From: Octopus sinensis
Taxonomy: Eukaryota
NCBI RefSeq assembly: GCF_006345805.1
Contig: NW_021833444.1
Span: 1 to 64,000, forward strand
DNA: 64,000 bases
Direction: 5' to 3'
Each line of letters begins with the position of its first letter. Position 1 is the stretch's first letter. A model generated the notes under the pieces. The model made no database searches. It saw only the letters and a list, made by a program, of their open reading frames with translations, and had not been told where the DNA came from. The position numbers and the translations under genes are program-made. Positions 12,230 through 25,590 of this stretch are shown in pieces.

Positions 12230-13209
12230 TCTTTATTAGCCACGCAAGGCCGAACACAGATGGGACAATACAATGTAGAACTTTTCTTTTCTAAAGAAGG
12301 AAAGAAAAGAAGAAAGAAAGAAAGGAAGGAAGAATAAACGAATGAATGAATGGAAGAAAAGGAGAAAGAAAGAAAGGAAGGAAGGAATGAAGAAGGACAG
12401 AAAGACGGAAACAAAAATGAAAGAAAGAAAGAAAGAAAGAAAGCAAAAAGAAAGAAAAAAGAAAGAAAATCAATCAAAAGGGATCGAAAGCGTTTTGAAC
12501 GTGTAAAAAGCAAAATAAGGCGGGGTAAAAATGTAAGACAGATTAGGTTTATCCGTGGAAAGAAAAGCCTTCGGTAACCTCAATCAGGGAAAGTAACACA
12601 TGAGAACATAGCTCTCTCTCTCTCTCTTTAGGATTTATAGGATCATGATTAAGTGGTTTCGTCATTCCCGCGTACCATCTTTGCTACATTCACCCACCTT
12701 TTTTGAGACAAAAGTTCCCTCTCTATTCTCATCTTCCTTTTCAAGTGGTACTTGAAAAAGTTGATGAGCGATAGGCCAGAGAGGAAAGTGTTTGACTCTA
12801 AACCTTTTGCACGTGAGCCTGGCTAGGCTTTAAAAGGGCGCATTTCTTATTTATTTTCTGGGAGTTCTAGAACGATCGACAGTTAGTTCTCTCTTCTTTC
12901 TCCAACCCCTGGTACTTATTCGCCTTCTTTCATAGTTTTTCATGCCTTTTAGTTCGGAGGAAAAAAAAACAAAGTCTTTTTTAATATTTTTTCAGGCACG
13001 TTTAACGTTTCCTCTACAAACTACAAACAAGCTCACCCGCTACCTTCCTTTTTTTTCTTTCTCATACAAAAACTAATGTTTAATACACTTGCTTTCTCTG
13101 TCTCTCCCTGTCCGATGTATGTATGTATGTATGTATATATCTACCTACCTATTTATCTATCTTTACAAACACGCATGTAAACACACAAATACACACAAAT
13201 ACACAAAGA

Positions 13210-13245
<36 letters not shown>

Positions 13246-13849
13246 TGTTGCAGGAGAATGCTATCGTTTATTTTTCCTTTGCAATGCTTAACTGTATTTA
13301 TGTATAAATGTGCTACTGTGCGTTCCTATGTTGTCTGCTTAGCCACATACGAGAAAATATCCGAAATCCCTTTACAGGACCTTAAAGACTTGTGACAAGT
13401 ATGGAAGACGATATCCTCAAATCACGAACTCGTTAAAGCCCGTAGGACCGACCGGCCGTCCAAATCAGGCAATTTAACTGAGTGCTTGCTACAAATTGAA
13501 CATTTTCGCACGATGACAAGATTAGTATACAGGTAGAGTGAAAATGGAGAGTGGAGGAATGGTTAGCACACTGGGAAAAATGCTTCGCAGCATTTCGTCT
13601 GTTTTTACATTCTATGTTCAAATCCATTCGAGGTCGACTACTTTTTGGGGTTGATGAAATAAGAAGCAGTTGAGCACTGGGTTTAAAGTAATCGAAAAGA
13701 GTAGAGTAAAGGGCGATACAATACAATAAAAACGATGTTACATAAAATTGTGTAAACAATAAAATATCAAATACAGAGAAACAAAATATTTAAATTTTTT
13801 ATAATTCCTCAAACGCAAGTAGAACTCGGAGAGCTACATGTGGAAATAC

Positions 13850-14590
13850 CATAAAACTGTAATCATTCTAACCAATGGGGCAACCCCACCTCCCTATCTA
13901 CCTTTTTCAGTTACAGGCATCCTCAAAGCAAGCTTGTTTAATGGACCATCAGTACAAACTCCTTAGCCAACACCAATTCCAACTTTTTGAGAGCAGCCTT
14001 TAGCAGAGTTTGGGCCGAAGATTGGCCCACCTCATTTACGTCCTTTCTCGGCAGTTCAACCGCTCTTCATCTCACCAAACTGAGGTGTTTTCGTTTTTGC
14101 TGTCAGTTGGTCTGGACATCTATCAAGAGGTCGGCGACAAAATTTGGTGTATAAAATTAAAGCCCGTAGGACCAAACGTCCAAATCAGGCAATTTAACCC
14201 CCCATCTGCGTACTTCCAGCCATTGCTTCCCATATTTTATCAGCTATTATTACCTTTACGCAACACTCTGCCTTCCCCCTCCATGAAGTGCGGCAGGTTG
14301 TCGAAGGGAACAGTGTAATCTATTCTGTAATCCGGTCCGTTATGTGTCCCCAAAATCGAGCTGAAAAACCGTACACATCTACTTGAGATCGTATAACATG
14401 TATTTGACATGAAGTACCAAAAATCGAATTGTGTCTTTGTGGCCACGTTGCGTGTCCGTTACTCGACCCCATTGAACAGCTTCCTTTCATTTGTGCCCCA
14501 GAGCACATCCCTTAGCCGTGACGATGCAGCCTCCGTGCTTCACGTTAAAGAATTGGTCAAGGGCATCTCATTAGAAGCACACCATTTCTA
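13850..14590 (-). mobile_element. Highly degenerate LINE fragment (RTE-like endonuclease-RT linker)
   Basis: RCVRFFSSILGTHNGP...GEGRVL resembles the RTE linker F-Y-x-x-L-K-x-x-Y-G-P...DG. Multiple stops. Confidence 0.3.
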
Positions 14591-14829
14591 AGTTTCTTAT
14601 CAGATTCACTCTGCTCTATTTTTTCTATATATTGTTACACGTCACCAATTGTTGTAGTATCGTCGCTATTGATATATGATAGTTGTTTACACGATAACCG
14701 CGTAGTAACAATAAAATATATAACGAAGCTGGGTAACAACAACGTAACGATCCAAGAAACTCTCCATGAACTATACACGAAACAACAACCGATACCTTAC
14801 GACTTGATTAACCAAACGATACCTTTTAA

Positions 14830-15101
14830 TGGAAGCACTCCGTCGGTTACGACGATGAGGGTTCCGGTTGATCCGATCAACGGAACAAGAGTGACAAGGC
14901 CGGCCCTTTGAAATACAGGTACAACAGAAACAGGAGGAAAAGAGTGAGAGAAAGTTGTGGTGAAAGAGTACAGCAGGGATCGCCTCGTGGAGCTTTTAGG
15001 TGTTTTCGCTCAATAAACACTCACAACGCCCGGTCTGGGAATCGAAACCGCGATCCTATAACCGCGAGTCCGCTGCCCTAACCACTGGGCCATTGCGCCT
15101 C
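14830..15101 (-). mobile_element. tRNA-derived SINE, second family
   Basis: Head ggcgcaatggcccagtggttagg...ggtttcgattccc has A and B boxes. The tail is shared with 60920-61235. Confidence 0.7.
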
Positions 15102-15279
15102 CATAAACGATAGCTTACGACTTGATTAACGCCCACTCTCTGTCTCTCACTCAGACCGCTGCTATTTATAGTCATTCAGTCAAGTCTATTCTCGCAGGGA
15201 GTGTCGTGACTCTCGCCACAACATCTCTCGTTATGAGATTTCGACTTTCATAGGTAACGAAATTTATTTTACTATTTTT

Positions 15280-15310
<31 letters not shown>

Positions 15311-15364
15311 CTCTCTCTCTCTTTCTTTCCTTCTTTCTTTCTTCCTTCCTTTCTTTTTTTTTAC

Positions 15365-15405
<41 letters not shown>

Positions 15406-15849
15406 AATTATTGTATACAGTGTTCAGGTGCCCCACAACTTGTCAGAAAGTGCATATAAAGCATATGCAGTAATGTAAAAATGTCTGGAAAGCGAACAAT
15501 GCATGAGTCAGATACATGCTTGTGTGTGTATGGAGGGGAGAAAATCAGGTGTAGTGTTGGCGAATCTCAGAAAGCATGGAAGTTTTGAAGGATGCAGTGC
15601 TCTCCCTTCTTTGAAATTTTGCTTCCCTAAGTTCAGTGCCTTTTCGCTTGGGAATTATTTATGAATGTTGAGTCTGTTTACGCTTTCTGTTTCTGCTCCT
15701 TTTAGGCCCAATTTATTTTGATGCTGGCACATTGGACATATGATAAAACACTTCCACTGGAATTTCCTTCACTTCTTCTGCATGTCTGATTTTTAATTGA
15801 TTTAGGTGTCGTTTACCTTTTATTAAATACACCATGTTTCCATTCTTTT

Positions 15850-16905
15850 AGTCTTGCCATCCTGCCAACTTTCTTTACCATTCTTGTATACTTTGAAAGG
15901 GGCTTACACTATGAAATTCCTGTAATATCTGTTTCTGTAGTGCGGGTGGTACTACCACTTTTCGTGCGTAAATTAATACATTGTCGAAGAATGAAAAATG
16001 GTTCGCATTCGTGTTTCCCTTTTGTTTAGTTTTCAAGGTTTCTTTCATTTTTAAGACGTATTTGCCCTCTGCTGTTTTACTTTTCATATCTTGTACAGTC
16101 ACTGGCAACTCCTGAATGACATTACGCATAACGTTTTTAACTTCCTATTCTGATTTAATGCGGCTATCACCATATCTTCTAGCGGTTCCGCATTCTCCGG
16201 AATTCGCCCAGATAAACAATCCGCATGGCTAATTTTTTTAGAAGGAATGTATTCCATCTTAAAGTTGTAATTTAACAATATTGTACCCCTACATATTAAT
16301 CTGTTAGCTGTATGAGTAGCAATACCTGTCTTCGATCCGAAAATTGATAGTAAGGATCGGTGGTCCGTCTAGAGCCGAAAACGTCTACCGTGGAGAAGTC
16401 TACGAAATTTCTTCACGGCAAAAATGATCGCTAGAGTTTTATTCTCTTTCTGACTGTAGTTTTTTTTCTGCTGCAATCAGAGCACGTGAGGCAAGAACTA
16501 CCACCTTCATATTACCGACTTTATACTTGCGTAAAAAAACTGATCCTACACCGTATTCAGAAGCGGCAGAAGCTACAACAAACGCCGCTGCAGGATCGAA
16601 ATGAGCCAGCAACAAAATATCCTGAAACGCCATTTGACACTTATTTGACCAATTCCATTTGACGTCTTTCTTTAGAAAATTATAAAGTGGAGCACTCAAT
16701 TCAAACATGTTTGGTATGTAATTTGGTAGGCCAAGAAAAGCTTGTAATGTCCCTATGTTAGTTGGAGGAAGCTTATTTTTTAATTGCGTCTGCCTTCGAC
16801 GGGTCAGGTCGTCCTCCATTTTTATCTATAATTTGTCCTGAATTGCAAATTGACAGTCCACCAACATCGCATCCAGAACCTGCTGAAATATTGCAGGTGC
16901 AACTT
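15850..16905 (-). mobile_element. Ty3/Gypsy pol remnant (RT C-terminus, RNase H, integrase Zn-binding region)
   Basis: LPFGLKVAPAIFQQVLD; LQAFLGLPNY...APLYNFLKKDVKWNW; LAHFDP...ASEYGVG...ASRAL; VVVPPALQKQILQEFH. Frameshifted. Confidence 0.85.
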
Positions 16906-16919
16906 TCAGACCAAATGGC

Positions 16920-19900
16920 AACCACCGAATAAAATCACCACAGCCACAACCGCCACCGCCAACAACGCCACCGCCACCACCACATCCCTCAACACCACCA
17001 TAGCCAGCGCCATCACCTCCGCAACCACCATTATAGCCACCGACCACACCTCCACAATCACCATAGCCACATTCACCACCGCCACCCTCACCACAGCCAT
17101 TACCACCACCGCCGACAACGCCACCACCCCAACCACATCCACCACATCCACCACCACCACAATAGCCACCGTCAACACCACCACCATCACCACAGCAACC
17201 ACGGCCACCGCCAACAACGCCACCGCGACCACCACATCCACCACCACCGCCATAGCCAACGCCCACACCTCCACCACCACCATAGCCACCGTCACCACCT
17301 CCACCATCACCACAGCCACCACCGCCACCGCCAAAAACGCCACCACAACATCCACCACAACAACAATAACTACCACCCCAACCTCCACCACCATCTTGGC
17401 CACCGTCACCACCGCCACTATCACCACAGCCACCACCACCACCGCCAACAACGCCACCGCCATCGACACCTCCACCACCACAACCATAGCCACCGCGCCC
17501 ACCTCCACCACCACCATAGCCACCGTTACCACCACCACCATCACCGCAGCCACCACCGCCACCGCCAACAACGCCACCACCACCACCACATCCACCACCA
17601 CAACCATAACCAACGCCCCAACCTCCACCACCATCTTGGCAACCGTCATCACCGCCATTATCACCACAGCCACCACCGCTACCGCCAACAACGCCACCGC
17701 CATCAACACCTCCACCGGCACAACCATAGCCAACGCCCCCACCTCCTAAAACCACCATAGCAACAGTTACCACCGCCACCAACACCACAGCCACCACCGC
17801 CACAGCCAACAACGCCACCGCCAGCACCACCTCCACTTCACTACCATAACCACCGCCCCCAACTCCACCATCACCACAGCCTCCACCGCCACCACCACAT
17901 CACTCACCACCACCATAGCCACCGCCAACACCTCCACAAACCACAACTATAGCTAGCGACCCACCTCCACCACCACCATATGCCACATTCACCACGCCAC
18001 CTCACCACAGCCATTACCGCCACCGCCAACCAACGCCACCGCCACCACCCCAATCACATCCACACAATCCACCACCACTACCACCATAGCCACCGTCACC
18101 ACCGCCACCATCACCACAGCCACCACCGCCACCGCCAAGAACGCCACCGCACCACCACATCCATCACCACCCCCATAGCCACCACCACCCTATCCACCGT
18201 CATCAACGCCACCATCACCACAGCCAGCCACTACCCGCCGCCACCGCCAACAACGCCAACGCCACCACCACCTCCACCATACCCTCCGTCACCACCAACC
18301 ACCGCCACTATCACCACCACACCACCGCCACCGCACAACGCAACCGCCACCACCACATCCAAGACCGCACCACCAACAACACCGCCCCAACATCCACCAC
18401 CAGCTATCCACCGTCACCACCGCCACTATCACCACAGCCACCACCGCCACCGCCAACAACGCCACCGCTACCACCATCTCCACCATAGCCTCCGTCACCA
18501 CCGCCACGATCACCACAGCCACCACCGCCACCGCCAACAACGCCACCGCCACCACCACATCCAAGACCACCACCATAGCCACCGCCCCAACCTCCACCAC
18601 CACCATAGCCACCGTCACCACCGCCACCATCACCACAGCCACCACCGCCACCGCCAACAACGCCACCGCCACCACCAAATCCAACACCACCACCATAGCC
18701 ACCGGCCCCACCTCCACCACCACCATAGCCACCGTCACCACCGCCACCATCACCACAGCCACCACCGCCACCGCCAACAACGCCACCGCCACCACCACAT
18801 CCACCACCACCACCATAGCCACCGTCACCACCGCCACCTTCACCATAGTCACCGTCACCACCGCCACCATCACAAAAGCCACCACCGCCACCATCACCAC
18901 AGCCACCACCGCCACCGCCACACGCGACGACCGCCCCCTCCAACATCCACCACCACCACCATCAGCCACCGCCTCCACCTCCACCACCACCATAGCCACC
19001 GTCCAACACACCCACCACCGCCACCATCACCACAACCCACAAACGCCACCGCCAACACGCGACCTTTACCATATGCCACCGTCACCACCACCACCATCAC
19101 CATAGCCACCACCGCCACCACCAACAACGCCACCCCGCCCCACCACCTCCACCCCCACCACCATAATGCCACACCACCGCCTTCCACCTCCACCACCACC
19201 ATAGCCACCGTCACCATCGCCACCATCACCATAGTCACCACCATCACCGCCAACAACGCCACCGCCACCACCACACCCACCACCACCACCACACCCACCA
19301 CCACCACCATACCCACCGCCTCCATCGCCACCACCACCATAGCCACCGTCACCACCACCACCTTCATCATAGCCACCGTCACCACCGCCACTATCACCAC
19401 AGCCACCAACGCCACCGCCAACAACGCCACCGCCACCACCACCTCCACCACCACCACCATAGCAACCGCCCCCACCTACACCACCACCATAGCCACCCTC
19501 ACTACCGCCACCTTCACCATCGCCACCGTCACCACCGCCACCATCACCACAGCCTCCACCACCACCGCCAACAACTCCACCGCCACCACCACACCCACCA
19601 CCACCACCATAGCCACCGTCCCCAACTCCACCGCCACCACCACACCCACCACCACCACCATAGCCACCGCCAACAACTCCACCGCCACCACCACACCCAC
19701 CACCACCACGATAGCCACCGCCCCCACCTCCACCACCACCATAGCCACGTCACCACCACCACCATCACCACAGCAACAACCGCCACCACCAACACGCCAC
19801 CGCCACCACCACATCCACCACCACCATCGCCACTGCCCCCACCTCCACTACCACCATAACCACCTTCACCATCGCCACCATCACCACAGCCACCACCGCC

Positions 19901-20620
19901 ACCGCCAACAACGCCACCTCCACCACCACATCTACCACCACCACCATAGACACCACCCCCACCTCCACTACCACCACAGCCACCACCGCCACCGCCAACA
20001 ACTCCACCGCCACCACCACATCCACCACCATACCATAGCCTCCGCCCCCACCTCCACCACCACCATAGCCACCGTCACCACCGCCATCATCACTACAGCC
20101 ACCACCGCCACCGCCAACAACGCCACCGCCACCACCACATCCACCAACACCACCAGAGCAACCGCCCCACCTCCACCACCACCATAGCCACCGTCACCAC
20201 CGCCATCATCACCACAGCAACTACCGCCACTGCCAACAACGCCACCGCCGCCACCACATCCCTCACCACCACCATAGCCACCGCCCCCACCTCCACCACC
20301 ACCATAGCCACCATCACCACAGCCACCACCGCCACCGCCAACAACGCCATCGCCACCACCACCACATCCACCACCACCACCATAGCCACCGCCCCCACCT
20401 CCACCACCACCATAGCCACCATCACCACCGCCACCATCACCACAGCCTCCACCGCCACCGCCAACAACGCCACCTCCACCACCACATCCACCACCACCAC
20501 CATAGCCACCACCTCCAACCCCACCACCACCATAGCCACCGTCACCACCGCCACCATCATCACACCGCCAACAACGCCACCGCCGCCACCACATCCACCA
20601 CCATAGCCACCTCCATAACC
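16920..20620. repeat. (ACC)-derived minisatellite of about 3.7 kb with a 120-bp higher-order unit
   Basis: The landmark accgccaacaacgccacc recurs at 120-bp spacing (17441, 17561, 17681; also about 18530, 18650, 18770). Translates as Thr-rich, His-rich, Gly-rich or Val-rich repeats depending on frame and strand. Confidence 0.9.
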
Positions 20621-20644
20621 ATCACCTCCCTTCCCTTCTCTTTA

Positions 20645-20785
20645 GGAAGGAGCGCAGAAGGGGAGTTGCCAGACAGGTGCAGGTTTGAGCAATGGTCGCC
20701 AACTCCGCCTTCCCCTCCCGATGATTTGGAAGAACCCAGACGACAGCCTCACTCTGAAATACTTGTACGGACAACTCTGCCACCA
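20645..20785 (+). mobile_element. Short RTE-like LINE 3' fragment
   Basis: GRQLRLPLPMIWKNPDDSLTLKYLYGQL resembles the RTE motif LRW-x-GHV-x-RM-x-x-x-R-x-PK-x-x-LYG-E-L. Confidence 0.4.
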
Positions 20786-20867
20786 CTACCACCGCCGTCT
20801 ACTTCTTTATTTCTCTCTCTCTTTCTACCTCTCTCTATCCATCTCCCTCTCTTTCTCTCTCTCTCCT

Positions 20868-21035
20868 TAGATTCCATTTTGCCCCAAGATGCCGTCCATA
20901 TTGGCCAACGACTTGTTTCCATAAACCGAGAGTAATCAAGAAACATCAAAGCATTTACAACCAGATATCAGCTCCGAGTTCACTTTCTGACGGAGACAGA
21001 TACAGAACAGATCACATAAAATCCCCAACACATCA
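20868..21035 (-). mobile_element. Possible Gypsy protease-region fragment, upstream of 15850-16905
   Basis: The minus strand contains ctcggagctgatatc (L-G-A-D-I, cf. DTG-A/S-D-I) and W-x-x-x-W spacing. Same orientation as the pol remnant. Confidence 0.35.
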
Positions 21036-21806
21036 CACCCCACTTCTCTCTCTATCACTCTTCTCTTCTCTATCACTTTTTCTTCATCTCCCTCTCTTTT
21101 GTCTCTCTCTCCCTTTCTGTCGTTCTCTCTCTTTCACTTATGTATGCTTGCTTGTATGTATGTATGTATGTATGCATGCATGTATGTATGTATGTATGTT
21201 TGCATCCACCACCACCATAGCATCATCACCACCGCCACCATCATCGCAGCCACCACCACCACCGCCACCACCACATTCACCACTACCACCACTATAGCCA
21301 CCGCCCCCACCACCACCACCACCACCGTTTTTAATTTTCTTACGCTAGACAGTAACACTGCTAAGAGTTACTTCCCTGGGATTTAACAAGAGTAGTCTCC
21401 CTTGTCAAAATTACTAGATTCTTTCAAGATACACATTTTCTTACGTTTCACACACTCAGTATGTTTCTTAAAGTTCTTCGCATTAATCAGTTTTTTTTTT
21501 CCATATATTTTACCTGTCTTTGTCATTAGACTAAGACCATGCTGAAGCACTACATTAAAGGGTTTAATAAAAAAAAATTGAACTCATATCTGTTTTTTCA
21601 GTCTAGAACGTATTCCGCTGGTGTCTTTTCTTGAATGGCTCTCATATTGGGATGCAAACAAACTAGCATTTTGGTCACGTGATGGAGGGGGACACAGAAG
21701 GACACATCCACATACATGTATGTGTATGTGTATATATCTGTATGTATGTATATATCTGAATTAAAATACAAGCCATTTAACCACTCCTAAGTATCCCATG
21801 TACATT

Positions 21807-21812
21807 TTTATT
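21807..21812 (-). terminator. Candidate polyadenylation signal AATAAA for the MIB2-like gene
   Basis: tttatt on the + strand, about 340 nt downstream of the stop codon. The DNA is AT-rich, so a chance match is possible. Confidence 0.35.
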
Positions 21813-22148
21813 AATCAAAAGAGAAATTTGCGAAGAGAGTACACATTATACTTCATGACTCCATTTGAGTACATACAAAAATATTAAACAAAAGCAACAA
21901 AAGAATTTTAAAATGATATAGTTACGACCTTTACGCGTTTCAGTAATAATATACATTTCATTAGGAAAAAAAACCAGATTACAATACTAAATCTTCAGAA
22001 AGTTCTTTTATGATATATATTAGAAATCTATTTATCTAAAAATGAATATTCAGGTAATATTAGTAACTTGGTAATTTTATATAAATGGACAAGCAAATTA
22101 GATTTAAAACTTCACTGTCTTCCCCTCGTGAAAGTTAAGCATGTCAAA

Positions 22149-22333
22149 CTAGTAGTACAGATTGAACTTGTTCTGAATTGGTTTGCAGCACATGTGGCAC
22201 TCCTTCAAACTCTCTCCGCACTCTTTGCAAACGGTGTGACCACATTCAAACGCCATATTACGAGGGCGGTCCATGCAAATCGGACATGTAACCTTTTCTT
22301 CCAACTCTTCAATTCTTTTTTTCTGAGGATCAT
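22149..22333 (-). CDS. MIB2: MIB2-like exon 16: coiled coil, C-terminal RING ([37 protein letters not shown]) and TAG
   Basis: C3HC4 RING typical of Mind bomb C-termini, ttccag acceptor, phase 1, stop at 22151-22149. Confidence 0.95.
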
Positions 22334-22615
22334 CTGGAATGCAAAATATACAAGAAATATACGTCGACACACCTGAATGAACATCATAGGTGTATATATA
22401 TACAAAAGTATTTGTTTGCATAAAATACTTTCAGAACAGATAGACAGGCAGATGAACAAAAAAGATTAACAGAAAAATAGATAGAATGACGGTGTATGAG
22501 ATTCCCATTTAGGCATATTGGCAGGACAGGGAAAAGACACACAGGCAGTGCCCTCGAAAGAACAGTTAATAGAAGGGAAATAATCGCTTCTTCGTAATGT
22601 TTGGTGGGATATAAC

Positions 22616-22688
<73 letters not shown>

Positions 22689-22722
22689 CAACAACAACAA
22701 CAGCAACAACAACAACAACAAC

Positions 22723-22777
<55 letters not shown>

Positions 22778-24434
22778 TGATTTTTAATCTTACTTATGAA
22801 GTTCTAATTTAGCACAATTTCATTCTCTTTGGAAATCGTCTGCATAACACAACTTGATATAAATTAATTAAAGATTTGTTTCAAATATTTATCGAGAAAA
22901 TATTTGACAACAAAATAAACAAATTGATATGTAGAATTATCAAACAACAAACAGATAAAGAGACATATTAACAGACAGAGAATCAAATAGATAATGTATG
23001 CATTAAAAAAATATGACTTACAAATAGCAATTTTGTCGGCTATAAGCACTTTACACTGCAAGCAATGTTGAACTGGAACTCTTTCGTTGCAGACTTCACA
23101 GATCAATACGTGACAGCAAGGCTGGAACAATACAGTGGCCTGTTTAACAGAACACAGCATACACTTTCTATTATTACTTTTTGGTTCTTCAATTTGTGCT
23201 CCACTTGGTTGTTCCGTTCTACGGAAGAAAAAAAATTAATCAGTTAAGAAAGGGATATTTACTAAAGCAGACCAATAGATAAAACTTATTCGAGTATTAA
23301 ATATTGTAGTTTATATAAATATTTCGTACATTGTATGTAAATAAAAATGGAAACGTCATGTGAAAAAAAAAGCCTTATAGAAACATTAGTGTATATTGAA
23401 GTTTTGGTATTTAAAAGTGTGTGCTATAAAACTCTGATCTTAAACCATGTAGCTGACTTGAAGTACTATGAGTTCTGGAATGTAAGTCGTCACTTGCCTA
23501 GCGTGTGTATATGTGATGGGTAGCAACGAAAGTTCATTAGAACCCTCTAAGTACAAACTTTTCTCAAGTTATTTATTCGTACGTAATCGTAAAAAGGAAA
23601 GGTCTGTATTTACCTATTTATAGAGAACTTTAACTAGGCGAAGTATAACACTGATTGAGCCGATAACAGTTACTACTTCAAGGTTTTGTATTAGTGCTAG
23701 TATTTACACATAGGGTATAGAGACGTTGAAACACTTATAAAATGTTTTGTTTCACATTTAATATAAATAGCAAAAAATTTTAATAAATAGAACATTATGG
23801 ATTTCACTAGTAAGTTTATAAATTATTTAAAAATTAAGTGGGTCGTCATAAACTGGTGTGATAAATAGTGGGTCGCGACTCTAAAAAGTTTGGGAACCAC
23901 TGGGTTAGAGTGTCTGTGCCACAGTCAAGGATGTGCAATGAGGATGTAACTAGTTGATATATAAAATTAAGATTTATAAAAGGAAATCGATTATTGCTCT
24001 AACACAAACGGAATGTCACCCAAGATCAGATTTCTGATTGAAAATCATTTCATTTCTTCTTGCTAATAATCTCAGACGGGAATCCCATTTTCACAAAGTA
24101 CTCATAAAATAAAAACGAAATTTTCGGTTTTATCTTCAAAATTTAAGCAGGAGGCAATAAGTTTATTTTGCGAATGTCCTTGCATACTTACGATAAAGAG
24201 GCGACTTTCACCAGCATCTCTATCAATGTTTGATCGCTTATGATGTCCAAAGGCATAACATCTTGACGGTTTTTATAATAGGGGTTTGCACCTTTATGTA
24301 CTAAATAACAGGCTATGACCACCTCAGCGCGTTCACTTTCGTCTAATCCAAGCTGAAGTTTAATCTGTACATCCAAGAAAATAGTAAAGAAAAAGTGGGT
24401 GAAAGTAAATAATACATTCATACACACACACACG

Positions 24435-24486
<52 letters not shown>

Positions 24487-24494
24487 CATATATA

Positions 24495-24585
<91 letters not shown>

Positions 24586-24671
24586 CATATATATATATAT
24601 TATATATATATATATATAACTATATTGGTGATGCAAACAGGAAAACAGAACTCAGAATAAGTGTTATATAT

Positions 24672-24761
<90 letters not shown>

Positions 24762-24783
24762 ATATATATATACATATATATAT

Positions 24784-24814
<31 letters not shown>

Positions 24815-24897
24815 CATACATACATATATATATATTATATTATATTATATATATATATATTATATATACATACATACATATATATAATTATATATAT

Positions 24898-24971
<74 letters not shown>

Positions 24972-25075
24972 CATATATATATATATATTATATATATATA
25001 TAACTATATTGGTGATGCAAACAGGAAAACAGAACTCAGAATAAGTGTTATATATATTATATATATATATATTAT

Positions 25076-25107
<32 letters not shown>

Positions 25108-25129
25108 GATATATAATATATATATATAT

Positions 25130-25192
<63 letters not shown>

Positions 25193-25241
25193 CATACATA
25201 TATATAATATATATATATATATAGATATATAATATATATAT

Positions 25242-25308
<67 letters not shown>

Positions 25309-25535
25309 TATAAAACTATATTGGTGATGCAAACAGGAAAACAGAACTCAGAATAAGTGTTATATATTATAATATATACATATGAAAGAATGTTTGAAAA
25401 TGCAATTTTAAAAGATGTTTATTCACTTGACCGGTTTCACTTTTTTAGAAAAAGATTGTCAAAAGTAAAATGTAAAGCTTTGTAAAAGCTTTGTTGTGTT
25501 AAGTACTAGTTATCACAACATATTGTAATACATAT

Positions 25536-25590
<55 letters not shown>

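Noticed and set aside
15040-15101. tRNA gene candidates at SINE heads (also about 5600-5665, 57205-57270 and 61170-61235)
   Set aside because: A and B boxes are present, but no complete cloverleaf was seen, and each continues into a SINE body repeated elsewhere in the window.
17980-20187. 735-aa His/Thr-rich ORF and overlapping Gly-rich and Val-rich ORFs as real genes (mucin or glycine-rich structural protein)
   Set aside because: The T-poor ACC repeat keeps several frames open on both strands at once. The frame shifts between units, and there is no signal peptide or splice context. Kept only as a repeat finding.
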